Positions 1 through 13,579 of a stretch of 64,000 bases of DNA are shown here, piece after piece. The stretch is taken from NCBI RefSeq assembly GCF_963921235.1, contig NC_086097.1, positions 142,230,001 through 142,294,000 of the forward strand. Direction: 5' to 3'. Position numbers and translations under genes: made by a program. Source of the DNA: Mobula hypostoma. Its lineage: Eukaryota. The first letter of the stretch is position 1. Every line of letters begins with the position of its first letter. Below the pieces are notes generated by a model, which made no database searches, was not told where the DNA came from, and saw only the letters and a list, made by a program, of their open reading frames with translations.

Positions 1-1039
1 ACTGGAATTATTTCAGCAGATCTGGAATTCTCAATAGACAAAATAAAGTTATTTCAAATTGATTTCTTTACAAAGATGTCTGTAACTTATTCTTGCAAGT
101 AGTAACTCAATTTTTAAAATATCTTCCTTCCCATTCCTCATGTTATATTACACGAAAAGGAGTTTACAAGAGAATAACTGGAGTCTAATAAAAGGTTTGC
201 ATTAAAGCTTCGGGGACCAAGCCATCTATTTTAAAGAGTTTCAGTGATGGAGATAATTTCATTAATTACAATGAAAACCAAATCAAGTAACTGTCTCATC
301 CCCCCACTCTTGAAACTGTCACACTGTTCCCTTCACTCACAGTTCTGATACAGAGTCTCAACCCAAAACAGCAACAATTTCTATCCTTGTCCTCCCCCCA
401 AAGAAACGCTGCTTGACCAGTAGACTGTAAGTTACACCAAATTCTAGCATCTGAAGTCGCTTGTGTCTCCAAATTGATCAGGAATTAATTTTAATCCAGT
501 TTTTAAAAAATGGATTTTGCAGATATCTGCTTATTTTTCTGTAGACAGAGCTTGCCTTAAGAAAGACACAAAAGAAGAGGGCATTAAGATGCTACCAATT
601 GCAGTAGGTTTAAATCACATAGGTCAGAATAAAAATGGCAGATTCTTTTTCTTGAGAGGCATTAGAAAATCAGTAGGGCTTCACAACAAATTAGCAGCTT
701 TTATAAACATTCTTCTGGTGGCATCTACTGAATTCATTGTCACCAGCCAAGTGGAAGTGGAATCACAACCCACTCCTTTATAGGGAGCTATCAGTATCAC
801 AACTCATTGTCACAGAATAAAAGCATTACTGAACACTCCTAAATTTAAATATGGTTTCTTCCAGGAATTGTCTGTAGGTTTATACAAAAGAAATTTATTT
901 TAGCACAGTTCACAGTGCCCAAAGTACAGTATTTATAGTATGAACTTCAGTGAAGTAATTAAAACTCTGTAACTTTGCTCCAAAATAATAATTAGTTCAT
1001 TTATTTAAGAATAGAAGGGCAGGTGATGAGTTGCTGCTG

Positions 1040-1860
1040 TGATACAAGGGAGGTGATGGAAACTATTGTGAACTGATCTACAATGTCTGCAGCTCAAGGA
1101 ACTTTGGCTCAGAGCTGATGAGCTGGAGTCAGAGATTCAGATGCCGCTATGCATCAGAGAAGGTAATGTTATTTGAACACGTTGCTCCAACAGGAGCCTT
1201 TGGATTAAGTACTACACAAATAGTCATTAAAGAGGGACAGTAAGTGGAGGCAGGGATAAAAAAAACCACAATCAAGGAGGTAGTGCTGCAAAAACCACAG
1301 CCCTCATCAGTGGTCTGAGAGATACAACATACTTGCAGCTTGTGTGGACGTGAGCAAAGGTTTTGCAGGGAAGATGAGCAAGAGACCATAGTAATATGGT
1401 ACAGAGGGCAGGAATAGGAGTGGGACAGGCCAAAGTCAGGGGTCAGTTCAAAATTTAAGCTCAATTAATTAAATGAAAACTAATGTAGTAGAAATGGTAG
1501 TCAGCAATATTGGAGGATAAGTATTACTCCCGGCAACCAGAAGCATGAATTCAACAAGCTTTTTTGTTTGCCCAATGCCTAATTAAAGGGATCTGCTAAG
1601 TCAAAGAAATGTTGAGTGGGAAGAGAGATCCAGTTATCATTGTCTTTTGAAAATGAAAGGAAAACTGATGAGGTGGTGCTAAAGGAGCACGAGTAACTGT
1701 GGTCCAATTATAAAATCCAGAACTCTCTTATTGATTACTGGTGCTTCGTGCAAATTGGCATTGGGTCAATAAGTTCTGAGACGGGTTTCAATTCATTGGG
1801 CACTTGAACCTATATTGGGGAAAGCGAGCTGTTAAGGTAAATTGAAACCAATATATGCTG
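1040..1860 (+). mobile_element. Highly decayed CR1 LINE ORF1 fragment
   Basis: LQCLQLKELWLRADELESEIQ resembles the CR1 ORF1 zinc-finger/leucine-zipper region; esterase-like remnants downstream. Confidence 0.5.
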
Positions 1861-2813
1861 CACAATAGAAGACTGGTTACCTGAAATTATCGAATTCAGT
1901 ATAGCGTTCCAAGGGCGACATTATGCCCAGACATAAGGTGCTGTTCCTTCAGCATCTTTGAAATGATGAAGAATGTCAAAGATGGAGGTCTGAGTGGAGC
2001 AAAACAGAGGACAGCTCAAGACCTAAACTCACGGAACTGCATATTTTTCACCTGGGCATCTTGCAACCCTTAAGGTACATCAGAGGTAGTCTCCAAAGTT
2101 ATACAAATGTTCGTTTCCTGAGAACTATCTGTAAGACAATTTCTCCATAAATCCAAACTTCCCTTTCCTAAAGTAACCAATATCTAATTAGACTTGTTAC
2201 TATTTTTCCATTTCATTGAAGGATCACCCTAATTCAGCTAATGGAATACATACTGTATCCAGTCATTAATGAATACCATGAAAATATTTTATTATACCTT
2301 GAAAAATACTTTTAAAAATATGAGGATGTATTAGATTTTCCGTAAGTCAACTAACTTGGAGTCTCTGTACTGAATTTGACTGTTCCAGGTTACTGATCTT
2401 ATTTTCTGGATATTTCAGTTTCACCTTGTTCCTTCTCTCTTCTGTCACCTACTTCCGGTACTTAAATACATAGTTTTAAAAAATAGCCTATATTCTATCA
2501 CATGTAATCTCTTTTTCTCCAGACTTCCTTCTTTCTGCACCATAAAATGTGCTTATTTCCTCAATTCTCCAGTTCTGATGAAAGTTGACATTGTAGGTCA
2601 GTGAGATATATTTCTTCCTTCAAATGTTGTCTGACAGCAGAAGCAGAATGCACTGAGCCTAAGGATTTCATCATTTGCTGTTTCTTGATCCAAATAGGAA
2701 AATTATTTTTTTTACTTATGCAAAGTACTGGTGAGACTACTTCTAGAGTACAGTATATAATATTGGTTTCCTATTTAAGAAAGCATAAAAAATTATTGGA
2801 GGTAGTTCAGAGA

Positions 2814-3887
2814 ATTATTCTCAGAGTAATCATGATGAGAGCAAGACACTGTATAAAACCAGAAATAAGTAAAGAACAATGCAGCTTTGTGGAAAACACT
2901 GGAACCAGAAATGCAATTTTCATGCTACAGATGATCTGTGAACGAGCCATCCAGGTACAAAAAGACATCTACCTATGTTTCATTGACTATACAAAATCTT
3001 TTGACCCTGTCAGAAAGCAAGATCTTCTGGAAATACTTCAAGATCTTGACATAGATGGGAAAGATATACGTTTCTTAAGAAACTTATACTGGGACCAGAC
3101 AGCATCCATCAGAATAGAAGGAGAAGTGAGTGAGTATGTGAATATCATGAGAGGAGTCAGGCAAAGTTGTGTCTTTTCGCCAGACTTATTCAACCTGTAT
3201 AGTGAAAATATCTTGAGAAGCATCAAAGACATCAAAGGATTCACAATTGGAGGCCATAATATAAATAACATCAGATATACTGATGACATCGTACTAATAG
3301 CTGACTCAGAAACAAAACTTCAAGAACTACTCAGTATGGTGGCAGCAGAAAGTAATCGCAGAGGCCTCTCAATCAACACCAAGAAGACAGAAAGCATGGT
3401 CATCTCCAGAAAAACAAACATCCCACAATGTGTGATCAAGATCGGAAATACAAACATCAAACAAGTCAACAAATTCAAATATCTTGGCAGTGAACGCTGG
3501 ACCATCTCTCCAGCAATGGAAAAGAGATTAGAAGCAGCTGAATTATGGTTCTACAGGAGAATGTTAAAAATATCATGGACCACACACACATCAAATGAAG
3601 AAGTTCGCAGAAGAGCCCAAGCAGTTTGATCACTCATACCAACAATAAGAGAGAGACAACTCAGATTCCTAGGACACATCATGCGGAAAGATGATCTAGA
3701 AAAACTCATACTCTCTGGAAAGATTGAGGGAAGTAAACCTAGAGGAAGATCTCAGCTTATGTACATCAAAAGCATAGCCAGGTGGCTACACATCAAGGAA
3801 ATAGAAGTCATCCAAAAAACGAAGGATAGATCGATCTGGAAAACCATGGTCACCAAAGTCCGCATTGGATATGGTACCTAGACAGAC
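2814..3887 (+). mobile_element. 5'-truncated RTE-clade LINE (RT and C-terminus) inserted in an older CR1 fragment
   Basis: RT motifs LCFIDYTKSFD, RGVRQSCVFSPDLFNLY, NNIRYTDD, FKYLGS; (GACA)n-like tail; 10-bp TSD AGTTCAGAGA at 2804-2813 and 3888-3897. Confidence 0.9.
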
Positions 3888-4149
3888 AGTTCAGAGATAG
3901 TTGACAAGAGGTTGGTCAGGTCAGGCGTCTATCTATTAAGAGTTTAGAGGAGCAAGAGGGATACTGATTGGAACAAGATTCCGAGGCGTCTTGTATTCGC
4001 TTCGTAAAAGAACTAGAACTAAGAGACATCTATTAATGCCCAAGACAAGACAATCTCTGAGGTTCATAACTCTTAAGAACTCTTAGCAGAAGCAACTGTC
4101 TCTTAATATTTTTATGACAGAAGTAGTGGGATTCTTGATAAGCCAAGGG

Positions 4150-4610
4150 GGTGAAAGGTTATCAAGGGAATACAGATTTGAAGAGGTTTGAATTTGAAGA
4201 TGAGAAGGAGTTGGAAGGTAAACAGACTGGGGTCTGGAAAAAGACTGATGAAGGGGAGATAAATTTCCAGCAGTTAGAGAAATTGATATTCATGCTATTA
4301 AATTGGAGACTATCCAGATAGAATATGAAATGTTGCTCCTCCAAATTCAGTTTGGCCTCTTCATGGCAGTAGGGGTAGTCATGGACAGACATCAGAATGG
4401 GAATGAGAAGATGAATTAAAATGGGTGGTCACTAGGATATCCTGCCTGATGCAGAGGACAGAGCAGAGTTGATTGACAAAGGTGTCCCCCGCTCTACATT
4501 GGGTCTTACCAATGTATAGGAGGCCACACTAGGAGCATTGGATAGAATGGTTGACCCAAGCTGACATGATACAAGAATTCCAGCATCTGCAAAAACTCTT
4601 GTTTATGTCT
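4150..4610 (-). mobile_element. Penelope-like element 3' (GIY-YIG) fragment, decayed
   Basis: ORF ...EEAKLNLEEQHFIFYLDSLQFNSMNINFSN matches the C-terminus of the copy at 41411-41881. Confidence 0.75.
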
Positions 4611-5194
4611 AGCAGTAGCTATACCATCTGTTTTTAGAAATCCTGATTAACGGAAAATTATCTTGATAATATTTTTATAAATGGGGACCTGACCTGCATG
4701 TGGTAGTCCATCCAGGTTTATAGAGCTTTGAGATAAATTCTCTGCTCTTCCATTGTGTCCATTTAGAAATTAAACCATGCGCATATTTCTAGATTAACTT
4801 CCATCATTAATTCAGCATATCACCAAATGCTTTACAGCTCGCAATAGATAGTGAAGGGTAATATATTTTGCCCTTCATATCCTCAGATGTGTCAAAATAA
4901 TTTATACTTAAATGACTATATTTGGACATAGTAATCCAAAAAGAAATACAGTAGTCAATTAGCATACTACAGACTACCATAAAAAGCAAAATGATTAAGA
5001 GTTCATTTTTAGTACAAGATTTTCAGTAAGTTTCTCAAGTCAGGTGTCACAAGTTTATTAAGCATAAAGTATGTGCAGTAGTAGTGAAATACTCAAAAAG
5101 GCAGTACCTACAACCTCAACCAAATTTCAGGTCTTTATAAAGGCAAATACATTACAAACAACAAGATTTTTACTAACTTCAATGGACAGTATGT

Positions 5195-6915
5195 TGCCTA
5201 TCAGGTACCAGGATCAGGAATGTCTCAGATTTTGTCCATAGTATTCTTAAGGGGAAATGGTACATATTGGCACCAATGACTTGGCTAGTAAAAAGGATGA
5301 GGTCCTCAAAAGAGAATATAGGAAGCTAGACAGGAAGTTGAAAAGCAGGACCTCAAGGGTGGTAATTTCTGGATTACTGTCTGTGCCACACAGAAGTGAG
5401 GGCAAAAATAAAATGATACGGCAGAAGAATTAGTTTAGGGGGCAGACATTCAGAATTGTGGACAATTGGAATGCCCTCTGGGGAAGGTAGGACTTGTACA
5501 AAAGGTATGGGTTATACTTGAACTTGAGGGGGACTAATATTCTTGTGGGCAGGTTTGCTAGGTTTTTTAACTAGTTTGGCTGGGGAATAGGAACCAGAGT
5601 GAGAAGTTAGAGGATGGACAGTTGGTGTAAAGGTAGGTGCAGCCTATACAGATGTGAGGAAGGATAGGCAGTAGAAAGGGCATAATTACATTCAGTTGGA
5701 TGGGTTAAAACATGATTATTTTAATCAGAGAAGAATCAGGAACAAGGGACCAATGAGAGAGACTTTGACAAATGAGAGGTCAGCATTGAACAAGCTGATA
5801 TGCAGGAACAATGTTGACACTAAGAAAGAGGATGTATTGGAACTTTTGAAAACATTAGAATGGATCAGTCCCCAGAGTTGGGCTGGATATACTCCAGGTT
5901 ACTACAGAAAGCAAGGGAAGAGATTGCTGTGCCTTTGGCGATGATCTTTGCTTCCTTATTGATCATTGTGGTACAAAAATATTGGAGGTGGCAAATGTTA
6001 AAGATAATAGGGATAACTCTGGAAATTATAGACCACTGAGTTTATGTCAGTGGTGGGCAAACTATTTGAGAGGACTATAGGTTAGGATTTATGAGCATTT
6101 GGAAAAGCACAGTCTGATTAGGAATAGTCAATGTGGCGTTGTGAGGGTCAGGTCATGCCTCATAGGCTTGATTACATCCTTTGAGGAATTGGCCAAACAT
6201 ATCAATGAAGGCAGAGCAGTGGATGTGGTACATGTGTATTTTAGTAAAGCTACCAGCTTCCCCATGGTAAGCTCATTCAGAAAGTCAGAAGTCATGGGAT
6301 CCTGTGAAACTTGGCTGAGTGGATTCAGAATTGGCTTGCACTCAGAAGACAGGACAATAGTAAATTGAACATATTCTGCCTGCAGATCAGTGACCAGAGG
6401 TGTTCTGCAGAGATCTGTTCTGGGACCCTGATCTTTGTGATTTTTATAAATGACTTGGATGAGACAGTGGAAGGGTATAAAGTTTGCAGATGACACCGAA
6501 GTTGGAGGTGTTGTGGAGAGTGTAGAAGGTTGCCGTACGCTACAATAGGACTTTAATAGGATGATGAGCTGGTCTGAAAAGTGGCAGATAAAGTACAACC
6601 AGAGAAGTGTGAAGTGAATCACTTTGGAAGGTCAAATTTGAAGGCAGAATACAGGGTTAATAACAGTTTGGAGGAACAGAGAAATCTTGGGATTCACCTC
6701 CATAGAGCTCTCAAAGTTAAAGCACAAGTTGATACGGTGGTTAAAGTGGTGTACGATGTGTTGGTCTTCATTCATCAGGGGAAGAAATTCAAGGACCACA
6801 AGATAATGATGTGGGAAAATCAGGTTTGTGCTTCATCCGAAGGGAAGGAATTGTAGGCATTCTACAACATCATGGGCCAAAGGGCCTGTACTGTGCTGTA
6901 TTGTTCTATGTGTTA
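5195..6915 (+). mobile_element. Decayed CR1 LINE (ORF1 esterase end, ORF2 RT pieces, 3' tail)
   Basis: HIGTND esterase motif; NYRPLS, RSCLIGLITSFEE, KFADDT, PEKCEVNHFGRSN; tail gggcctgtactgtgctgtattgttctatg. Confidence 0.85.
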
Positions 6916-7159
6916 TGCTCACGCATTCTATCATTTCACTTACACAAGACAATTCACACATTTTTGTATTACAAATGCACACAAATACTAAATCAACATC
7001 AAGGATAGTAATTATTAATATTAATGAGAAACTTTGTTAAATTACTGACCACCTTATAACATTACTGTTTTACCAGGTGAAACAAACTATCATTGACATA
7101 TTAAAAAAGTGGACAATAAAAACCCAGAGGTTTTTCTGGGCTCTCTGGAAAAACAGAAT

Positions 7160-7445
7160 AGCATACTGGTTAGCACAACACTTTACAGCACAGATGACCC
7201 TAGTTCAACTCCCACCACTGCCTGTAAGGAGTTTGCACGCTCTCGTCACTGTACGAATTTCTTCCAGATACTCTAATTTCCTCCCACAGTCCAAAGACAT
7301 ACAGGTTGGTAAGTTTAATGTTCATTGTAAATTGTCCCATGATTAGTCTAAGATTAAATCAGGGGATTGCTGGGTGGCGTGGCTCGAAGGGCCCAAAAGA
7401 TCTATTCCACACTGTATCTTAATAAAATAAAAATAAATAATAAAA
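7160..7445 (+). mobile_element. tRNA-derived V-SINE (HE1-like)
   Basis: B-box-like gttcaactcc, V-domain ttcctcccacagtccaaagacatacaggtt, A-rich (taaa)n tail. Confidence 0.7.
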
Positions 7446-7889
7446 ATACCAGTATATGAAGTCTCTATTTTCTTGAACATGACTATCAATGACTGATTTG
7501 TTGTTGTCAGTCGCCCAACAGACCAGTTTTACTTAATGTAATTCATTATTTAATTGACAAGGTTAAAATTACATCATTTTACATGTTAAAACTGTGCTTT
7601 TAAATCAACAGTATATCAGAGAACCAGAACCAGATTAACCTTTTCTTTACAGGTCAAATCAAGTATAAATTGATAAAAATCTTAAATGGCATTTTTTTAA
7701 ATCTAAAAACTTAAAAAGTGGCACCCAACCATAGCTGATCCACATTTTGCATACATAAACTGTATTCTACACCAGCACACAAAAAAAAGATTTGAAAATT
7801 ATTCAGATAATATGAAAAGCCCACACCATCCGAATGAAAATCGTCAAATTAAATCACAAAGCAGAGAGTGTATTTTATATAACACACAC

Positions 7890-9088
7890 ACACACACAAA
7901 ATGCTGGAGGAACTCAGCAGGCCAGGCAACATCCATGGGAAAAAAGTAGTCGATGCTTTGGGCTGAGACTCTTCGGCAAGACCGGAGAAAGAAAGATGAG
8001 AAGTTGATTAAAAGGTGGGGAGGGGGGAGAGAAGCACAAGGTGATAGGTGAAACCTAAAGGGTAAGGAATGAAGCAGATAGCTGGGAAGTTGATTGGTGA
8101 AAGAAATACAGAACTGGAGGAGGAGGAGTCTGATAGGCGAGGATAGAAGGTCATGGAAGAAAAAGGGGAAAGAAAATGAATTGACATATCAGAATGGGAA
8201 TGGGAAATGAAATTAAAATGGGTGGCCACTGGGAGATTCCGCTTCTTCTGGGGATGGAGCATAGGTGCTCTGCAATATGTCAATCCATGGCCTCCTCTAC
8301 TGTCGCAATAAGGCCACACTTAGATTGGAATAACAGCACCTTATATTCCATCAGGGTGGTCTTCAACCTGATGGCATGAACATCGATTTCTCGAACTTCT
8401 GGTAATGCCCTCCTTCCCCCCCTCACCATTCCCCATCCCCATTTCCCTCTCTCACCTTAACTCTTTGCCTGCCCATCATCTCCCTCTGGTGCTCCTCCCC
8501 ACTTTTCCTTCCTCCATGGCCTTCTATTCTCACCTATCAAACTCCCCCTTCTTCAGCCTTGTATTTCTTTCACCAATCAACATCCCAGCTATTTACGTCA
8601 TCGCCCCCACTCCCCCCAGTTTCACTTATCACCTTGTGTTTCTCTCTCCCCTTCCCCACCTTTTAATCTACTCATCTTTTTTCCCTCCAGTTCTGCTGAA
8701 GGATGGCCGGCTGGTGGCGTAGTGGCAACAGCGCCGGACTTCGGAGCGAAGGCTCCCGAGTTCGAACCCCGCCAGCTCCCCAGGCTCCCGAGTTCGAACC
8801 CCGCCAGCTCCCCAGGCACGCTTTCCATCCGTGCTGGGTTGAGCGTCGAGCTAGCAACTCGACCTTGTAATAAATAAATTGCCTGCTACAGAAACATCAA
8901 CAGCAAAAAGTTGATGGTCTATGCTCTCTTGTGAGTTTAAAAGGCAATTTCCTTTTCTGCCAAAGGGTCCCGGCCCAAAACATCGACTGTATTTTTTTTC
9001 CATAGATGCTGCCTGGCCTGCTGTGTTCCCCCAGCATTTTGCGTGTGTTGCTTGAATTTCCAGCATCTGCAGATTTTCTCTTGTTTGA
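7890..9088. mobile_element. Penelope-like insertion with inverted arms (minus arm ~7890-8255; plus arm ~8256-8700 and 8953-9088), interrupted by a SINE
   Basis: Both arms carry the GIY-YIG C-terminus and the terminal ...gatgctgcctggcctgctg...ccagcattttg motif in opposite orientations. Confidence 0.8.
8705..8890 (+). mobile_element. Young tRNA-derived SINE with duplicated B box
   Basis: A box TGGCGTAGTGG 8715-8725; B box GTTCGAACC at 8760-8768 and 8792-8800 within a perfect 32-bp tandem duplication; CpG-rich; taataaataaa tail. Confidence 0.8.
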
Positions 9089-10059
9089 GTGCATTCTATA
9101 TCTTTGTTATAAGCTAACACACGGCAGAATCCTGAATACTCTGGGGAGAATTCCCACAATACTGAATGTCAACCTGGAACAATCCAGTTCATTTGCAGAT
9201 CTCCTATTAATACACATTGATATAAACAAATGAATTTATCAAAAAATCATGAAGCTCAGAGGCTATATTTAGCAAATCCTCACTAATATTAGGAGTTATC
9301 TTTATATTTAAATATGTATCGGTACATACCATACATCATAATCTTAGGTGATGATCTCAAAATTCACCCACCCAGTATACACCGCGACAAACAAATCTGG
9401 CAACAAGTCCTGTAACCACTGGTATTCCAACTCTACGTAACATTCAAAATATTCTCTACAGACAACTTAAATCTGAAGGCTGAAAATCTGTAATTTTTAA
9501 AAAGTACATTTCATATATTCACTTGAAACAATATACTTATTTTGAATATTTTTAATCCTTAACACTGTCTAAGGTTGAGGGAAAAAACATGGACAGCCAT
9601 TCCAGGTTCTCAGCACATGAACAGTTAAAAGCAAGCTCAATGATAGCAGAGAAGCTTTGGCTTAGTACAAAGTACTCAGTGGGGAAACATGACAGACAGT
9701 GAGAAAATTGCATTCCAAAAATAGCAACTGCAGTGCAGCCACAACCTGAAAACTTCCATTATCAAAAAAACTGCACAGAAAAATCTAATGTTGCTTGCTA
9801 AAATTCTTCAACTCTTGAGGTGCTGCATCGTTTTTCAGTTTCAAAATATCAGTTCTTTGGTAATTTCTCTTCTGCTCTCTTTAGGAAAGCATAAATAGAA
9901 AATACACAAACCAAATACTTTACAGAAAGAAATTTATATAAAACAATTCCGCCCCTCCCCCAGTTTGTTCTCAAATTTAAGTAATAAAAATAACAACAAT
10001 TTTATTACTCATTCATAGTTGCCTTAGAAGGTGCAAAGGTCAACTGAATTCATGCATCA

Positions 10060-10885
10060 GGACAATCTGGAACAGACAGGATCTCCCGGTTGCCACCCAC
10101 TTCAACTCTGCTTCCCATTCCCATTCGGATATGTCCATACATGGCCTCCTCTACTGCCATGATGAGGCTAAACTCAGGTTGGAGGAGCAACACCTCACAT
10201 ACCGTCCAGGTAGTCTCCAGCCCCTTGGTATGAACATAGAATTCTCCAACTTCCGGTAATTCCCTCCCCCTCCCTTCCCCTATCTCTATTTCAATCTGCC
10301 CCCTCCCCCAGCTGCCTATCACCTCCCTCATGGTTCCGCCTCCTTCTACTACCCATTGTGTTTTCCCCTATTCCTTCTTCACCTTTCCTGCCTATCACCT
10401 CCCTGCTTCCCCTCCCCCACCCCTTTATTATCTTTCTCCTTACTGGTTTTTCCACCTGGAACCTACCAGCCTTCTAGTCATATTTTCTTGATCCCGGGGG
10501 AAATTGGTTTTCGTTACAGTTGCACCATAAATAATAGTAATAAAACCATAAATAGTTAAATAGTAATATGTAAATTATGCCAGGAAATAAGTCCAGGACC
10601 AGCCTATTGGTTCAGGGTGTCTGACCCTCCAAGGAAGGAGTTGAAAAGTTTGATGGCCACAGGCAGGAATGACTTCCTATGACGCTCTGTGTTGCATTCT
10701 CCTTCCCACCCTCCCCCCCCACCTTCTTTATAGGGCCTCTGCCCCTTCCCTCTTCAGTCCTGATGAAGGGTTCCAGCCCGAAACATTGACTGATCTTTTC
10801 CACAGATGCTGACTGACCTGTTGAGTTCCTCCAGCATGTTGTGAGTGTTGCTTTGACCCCAGCATCTTCAGAGTATTTTGTGTTT
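10060..10885 (+). mobile_element. Penelope-like 3' fragment, interrupted at ~10475-10695 by a LINE 3'-tail fragment
   Basis: RQDLPVATHFNSASHSHSDMSIHGLLYCHDEAKLRLEEQHL; terminus with hammerhead-like motif at 10755-10792. Confidence 0.8.
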
Positions 10886-10924
10886 AAGACAATTTGGAAG
10901 ATCTCAATGCATTACATAAATGTA

Positions 10925-11350
10925 CAGTGGCATGTAAAAGTTTGGGCACCCCGGTCAAAATTTTTTGTTACTGTGAATAGTTAAGTGAGTAGAAGATGAA
11001 CTGATCTCCAAAAGTCATAAAGTTAAAGATGAAACATTCTTTTCAACATTTTAAGCAAGATTAGTGTATTATTTTTGTTTTGTACAACTTTAGAGTGAGA
11101 AAAAGGAAAGGAGCACCATGCAAAAGTTTGGGCACCCCAAGAGATTTGAGCTCTCAGATAACTTTTACCAAGGTCTCAGACCTTAATTAGCTTGTTAAGG
11201 CTATGACTTGTTCACAACCATCATTAGGAAGGCCAGGTGATGCAAATTTCAAAGCTTTATAAATACCCTGACTCCTCAGACCTTGTGCCAACAATCAGCA
11301 GCCATGGGCTCCTCTAAGCAGCTGCCTAGCACTCTGAAAATTAAAATAAA
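10925..11350 (+). mobile_element. Tc1/mariner left end (IR/DR type) and transposase start
   Basis: TA|CAGTGGCATGTAAAAGTTTGGGCACCCC; inner direct repeat caaaagtttgggcacccc at 11121-11138; MGSSKQLPSTLKIKI from 11304. Confidence 0.85.
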
Positions 11351-13579
11351 TTCAGACCGAAATGTCGACTGTTTACTCTTTTCTATAGATGCTGCCTGGT
11401 GTGCCCAGTTGCTCCAGCATTGTATGTGTCGCCCTTCAAGTACTTAATCAATTGTCTTTTGAATGCTTCTGTTACGTAACAATTTCCAAAGTACAATCCA
11501 AATTATAATTAGTTTCATCTTGTCACCATTGCTTCTTTCGCCAATAAAACCAATGATTTTAGCTGAAGATATTTATCTTGTCTAAATAAAATCATTAGGA
11601 TTAATTACTTTATCAATTGATTCTTAGACTACACTGACCTAAACAAAATAATCTCCACCTATCTACACAAATCTAATTCATTATTCCAAAAAAAAGCTCC
11701 AGCAAAAAGCTATATTCAGAAAATGGATAACTATCACAATTTCTAATTCCAATGAAGACAGAAGATTATTTGACTGTTGAGTCTTAGAAGCAGTGAACAT
11801 ACACCTATCAAATAGAACTTCCTTAAAAATTCCACCGTTCCTTTCTTTCTCCATATTCCTCAGTCCACTTAGTTCCCAAAACAATCTTCCTAATCTCAAA
11901 AACTAGACTAGAGAATTCCCAAGTTTTATGATCCTCTCCTTGTACAGATAATTAAGATTAAGTTGATTTCTCAACTTAAAACATGAATGATGAATGCATT
12001 TATGTTGGATACTACCAAATTGTGAACATAATTGTGTTCTTTTAGAAAACCTGTGGCATTTTTGAGCTTAGTTCACAAAATTTATAATAAAATCGCAAAT
12101 GCTTTCCAACTAGATTAGTGAATAGGACTTAAATCAAACTGCAGCTGAACTAGATTTAGACCTATTGACTTCTTTGTTTTTTTACTTTCTCTCCATTTTA
12201 TCTTTTGATCTGCCTTACTGATTAATGAGCGAGAAGATGACATGGTTAATAAAATCTGATTGTTCTGAAAGTGTGTCAGAACCATCTTTATCTGTTGCTG
12301 TCATGGAGCTGGTGCAATAGGTTGTTTTTCGTGAAATGTATGTTAAAATTCATTGCAATAGATACCATGAGGCAATTCCAAAATTTTGATCCAGCAGTGA
12401 AGAAAAACTGATATGTTGGGATAATATTCTGAAGCAACTGACAGCAAGGCATGTTCTCTAAAAATATACATTGTAGCATCAGTATATTTGTGACATAGGA
12501 CAGGTGCTTTGCATCACCAATATATTGAAGGTGGTGACTTCACACTTCCAGTTCCGCACATTACACCTTCCTGACTTGGAAAGACATTGCCTTTCCTTAA
12601 TTCTTGCTGGGAGAATCAACAAGTATGGTGGAAATGCTTTCCACAAGTTGGAAACAAACATTTCTCAGAATAATAGCCTCAGCACTTTGTCTCTGTTGCA
12701 GTTAAACGGCTGAGCTCTCATTTTGGCACTGGTTACGTCATTGCTTGAAATGGGGATATTCTTATTAGTGATCATCATTCACTTGAACATGTGGCTCAAA
12801 TGTTAACTACCACTGTGCTAAAGCTTGAATAAGCCTCAGACTTCACTGTAAATAGGATCATGTTTCTTATTTGAAAAATGAAGCTAAACAGTGAAATCAG
12901 TGAACAATGCCATTTTATACCTTCAGAAGATTGTTCCTGTAGCAACTGTAAATAGGAATTGGATGGTAAAGAGGGTCAATCAAGCTTTGCTTGAATACCA
13001 CAGTCAAATCTTGGTAATCATCGCGTGGAATAAGGAAATTTAAATGCAAATAAATTATCATGCTTGTTTTCTTACAGGACTAAAATAAACATGATAAATA
13101 ATGGGACAGCAACATTTCCAATGAGCTAACATTTTTGAAGAACTATGCAATGAATATTTTAAAAAAGCATTGAAGCAATTAGTGGTCCAAAATCTGACAA
13201 ATTCCTGGGCCTAGTAACTTGAATTCCAGTGTAAGTAGTGAATTTTTTGGTTTTTGCTAGTAGAATTTTTAAAATTTTTAATGTAAATTAGAATGTAGCA
13301 ATCTTATTTGACAGTTTCAAACGAATGTGGGGGTAAAATGAAGGCTAGTTGGCCTGATATCAGAAATCGGAACAACAATGGAAATTACTTGATAACTTGT
13401 ACAGTGTTCATTTGCGACTCTGAGGCTGCAGAAAATTGTTCCAGTTTTCCTCTTAAATACACCTCTTTCGAATTATTTTGGCTGCAATCTGCAGCATGTA
13501 AACTTCCTCTTAACAATGGACTTCAAAATTACATCAATGATCTTCAAATCTCACAATCAATGATTAAATGCAGAGCAGA

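Noticed and set aside
2601..3629. 342-aa ORF as a host gene or active RT
   Set aside because: Chimeric flank plus 5'-truncated RTE; YADD changed to YTDD, internal deletion, premature stop.
8705..8780. tRNA gene
   Set aside because: A and B boxes are present but there is no convincing cloverleaf or T-run terminator; it continues into a SINE body with an A-rich tail.
8750..8817. CRISPR-like direct repeats
   Set aside because: Two adjacent copies with no spacer, in a eukaryotic SINE.
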